Positions 61,707 to 64,000 of a stretch of DNA of 64,000 bases are shown here, piece after piece. Below the pieces are notes generated by a model, which did not search any database, was not told where the DNA came from, and was given only the letters and a program-made list of their open reading frames with translations. The position numbers and the translations under genes are program-made. Source of the stretch: Adineta vaga (lineage: Eukaryota > Animalia > Rotifera); the NCBI GenBank assembly GCA_021613535.1, contig CP075496.1:9548001-9612000 (forward strand). Direction: 5' to 3'. Within the stretch, counting starts at the first letter, position 1, and every line of letters begins with the position of its first letter.

Positions 61707-63634
61707 CTACTCTCTTTTTGAAATAATATTATATTTTTGAATTCGATGATTTTCAGAATCAGTTACATAAAGATTTCCATCTTCATCAAAACCTAAGCCA
61801 TGAGGACCATTCAAATGGCATGGCGTGTCACCCGAAACAAATTGATCACCAACAATAATATCACCTTCAGTCGCACCTTTACGCCAACGCATAATGCGAT
61901 GATTCCAATGATCAGCAACATAAACTGTTCCATATTTATCAACAGCTATTCCTGCAGGGCAATCCAATTGATTAAGATTCTTTCCTTTACCATTGCCACC
62001 TGCTACAACTTCACCTAATTTTGCATCTTTTTCCCATTTCATTACACGATTATTCCATGAATCGGATACATACAAACATTTATCTTGTCCAATAAAGATA
62101 TATGTTGGATGATTGAATTGATGAAGACGATTTCCTGGTCCATGACCACCAGCAACTGTAGTACCACGAGTATCACCTAACTCATATCGTTTGACTCTAT
62201 GATAATCACTGTCAGTAGCATAGATAAGTCCTTCGTCATCCACAGCTATCGCAAAAGATGCAATATTATTAAGGACTTTTTCAAAACGAGCATCCAGATC
62301 TGACGTAGATCGTTTTACTATGCGTTGATTGTGATAATCACAAATGATATAACTATCTGATTGCTGATGAAAAACAATATTTGAAGGTGCACATAACATA
62401 TTTTGTCCATAACCAGATATATTTTTTCCAGCTATACGTTGACTCATATTCGTTCCTTCTTTAAATTTCATAATACGATGATATAAAGTATCAGCAACTG
62501 AAATAGTTTGTCTAGAATTTACAATAAGACCTTGAGGTGAACGAAGATTATTCATTATAGAACCAAAACCTCCATCATGATTACGACCACCGGCAAAGGT
62601 TTGAGATTCACTAAAGATATTAAAAAACATGTTTCTCTTTCGGTCAAAAAAAGTTTCATACGAACCATATCTCTGTCGAAACCATAGCATTTGCTGGGCG
62701 TGTGCGCATAGTCCGGTCCTTTGTTCGTTTGGTTGGAGATTTTTTTCTTTGACAGCATTCGGATTTCCATTCAGCAGTTCGTGGTATAAATATTTCTGCT
62801 ATAATGAAGAATACGTACAAATAAGAGAATCGAAATTGTAAGATAACTTACAATATAGAATTTCATTAAAAAATATCTCTGCATTTGCGCGCAACCGATG
62901 TGTAATAAATGGTCTCTGCCTTTCGTCACTTTCAATGGTAACTTCGTCAGTTATACGTTGAATAATATCGACGATATTCACATTTTCCTCAACAATATTT
63001 CTCAATAAGCATTCCATGTATAGATTATTAGGATTTGTTTTATTAGCGGCACATGCATATTGAATCAGTGTTTTATCAGATGCTTTCATCTTACTGAGTC
63101 CTTTGCGTCGCGCTTGAACTAAAGAAAATATACGAGTCCATATTTGTGACGGAAATATACACGATATTACTTACAGGCAGATTTCGATTCATTTTTTATT
63201 CGATATTGTCTACAACAATCCAAGATCATAACGAGCATGTACGATGCTTCTGTGTCTCTTAACCGTCCTATTACTCTATCAAGTGGTGTACCAAAAGCTG
63301 CAACATCTTCGCCACTAGAGATACGATCATCTCCGGTGTTAATCAAATAATTCGTACCATCAATCTGACAACTGTGGCCAGAAAAAAAGAATAAGATCAA
63401 ATCCCCATCTTGAATAGTTTTAGTAAATGTAATGATATTTTCCAACATCGTTTCGTGTTTTGCAACATCGTAATGCGCTGTAGATTTAAATTTTATTTTT
63501 TCAAGTGATTGCTCTAAATCTGTAGCATTCTTGATAGATTGATTTAGTTTATTCTGTTCTTGTTCGTAATTATCATTTCCAATAAGCAATGCTAACCTTC
63601 GAAGAATACGAAAATTATCATTAGGATTTGCCAT
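61707..63634 (-). CDS. Second peptidase C14 (caspase-like)-NHL fusion, carrying a 147-bp insertion
   Basis: Exons 63634-63175, 63118-62852, 62798-62666, 62610-61707 (588 codons). RLALLIGNDNY, FFFSGHS, ILDCCR, RQRP; NHL repeats. The first two intron positions match the 57253 paralog. Confidence 0.8.
62610..62756. mobile_element. 147-bp insertion flanked by a 4-bp duplication (ATTC)
   Basis: ATTC at 62606-62609 and 62757-62760; removing the insert and one copy restores WKSESQTFAGG, colinear with paralog WQSTARTIAGG. Confidence 0.7.
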
Positions 63635-64000
63635 CAGCGATCGAATAATTATATCTAAAATAATGAACAAGGACAAATATTGTAATATCTAATAATTTCT
63701 TTAAAAACGATAGGCCTTGCTGCTCGTTGATTTTCATTCAAAGTAATTTGTCAGTGTATTGTTTGAAAGTATTTGTCTCGCCTAGGTTACGAAAGAAAAG
63801 ATTGTTCGTTCTATTCATTTTCTCAATGCACATTTGTAACGAAAGCAAAAAAAGAGTTTTTTCACATCTCGAAAGAATTGGTGGATCACTCATGAAAGTT
63901 GTTGTTTCACAGTCACCTTCGTGTTTCTTTTCTTTTATTCGAAGATAATGGCAATAAAACTACTAAGTTCATGTCATGAGGAAAATAAATAGGATTAATT

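Overview
AT-rich eukaryotic genomic DNA with many short (about 50-70 nt) GT-AG introns. The gene content strongly suggests a bdelloid rotifer (inference): an expanded intronless GPCR family, F-box/LRR proteins, ADP-ribosyltransferases, NHL-repeat proteins, and several bacterial- or fungal-type genes among metazoan housekeeping genes. The ORF track is fragmentary because genes are spliced, so I rebuilt exon structures by hand. Contents: two F-box/LRR paralogs; 7 intact and 3 decayed rhodopsin-like GPCRs; a 1261-aa membrane protein made of three tandem 2-TM Cys-rich modules; a bacterial-type papain (C1A) with an extra C-terminal domain; a fungal-type CipC; a broken polycystin fragment; a bacterial-type MFS transporter; a solo LTR with a 5-bp TSD; an ART pseudogene and an ART-MORN fusion; an MLKL-like four-helix-bundle protein with no kinase domain; CHORDC1; a SABATH methyltransferase; a divergent Argonaute head-to-head with GEMIN5; a Rab3-like gene; a PLP-dependent Cys/Met lyase; a microexon-built mucin-stalk protein; and two caspase-like(C14)-NHL fusions flanking a small catalase. 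The best candidates for undescribed biology are the kinase-less MLKL-like protein with HxRxxS motifs, the single-chain three-module channel-like protein, the caspase-NHL fusions, and an insertion apparently rescued by a new intron. Family assignments come from motif recognition, not database searches.
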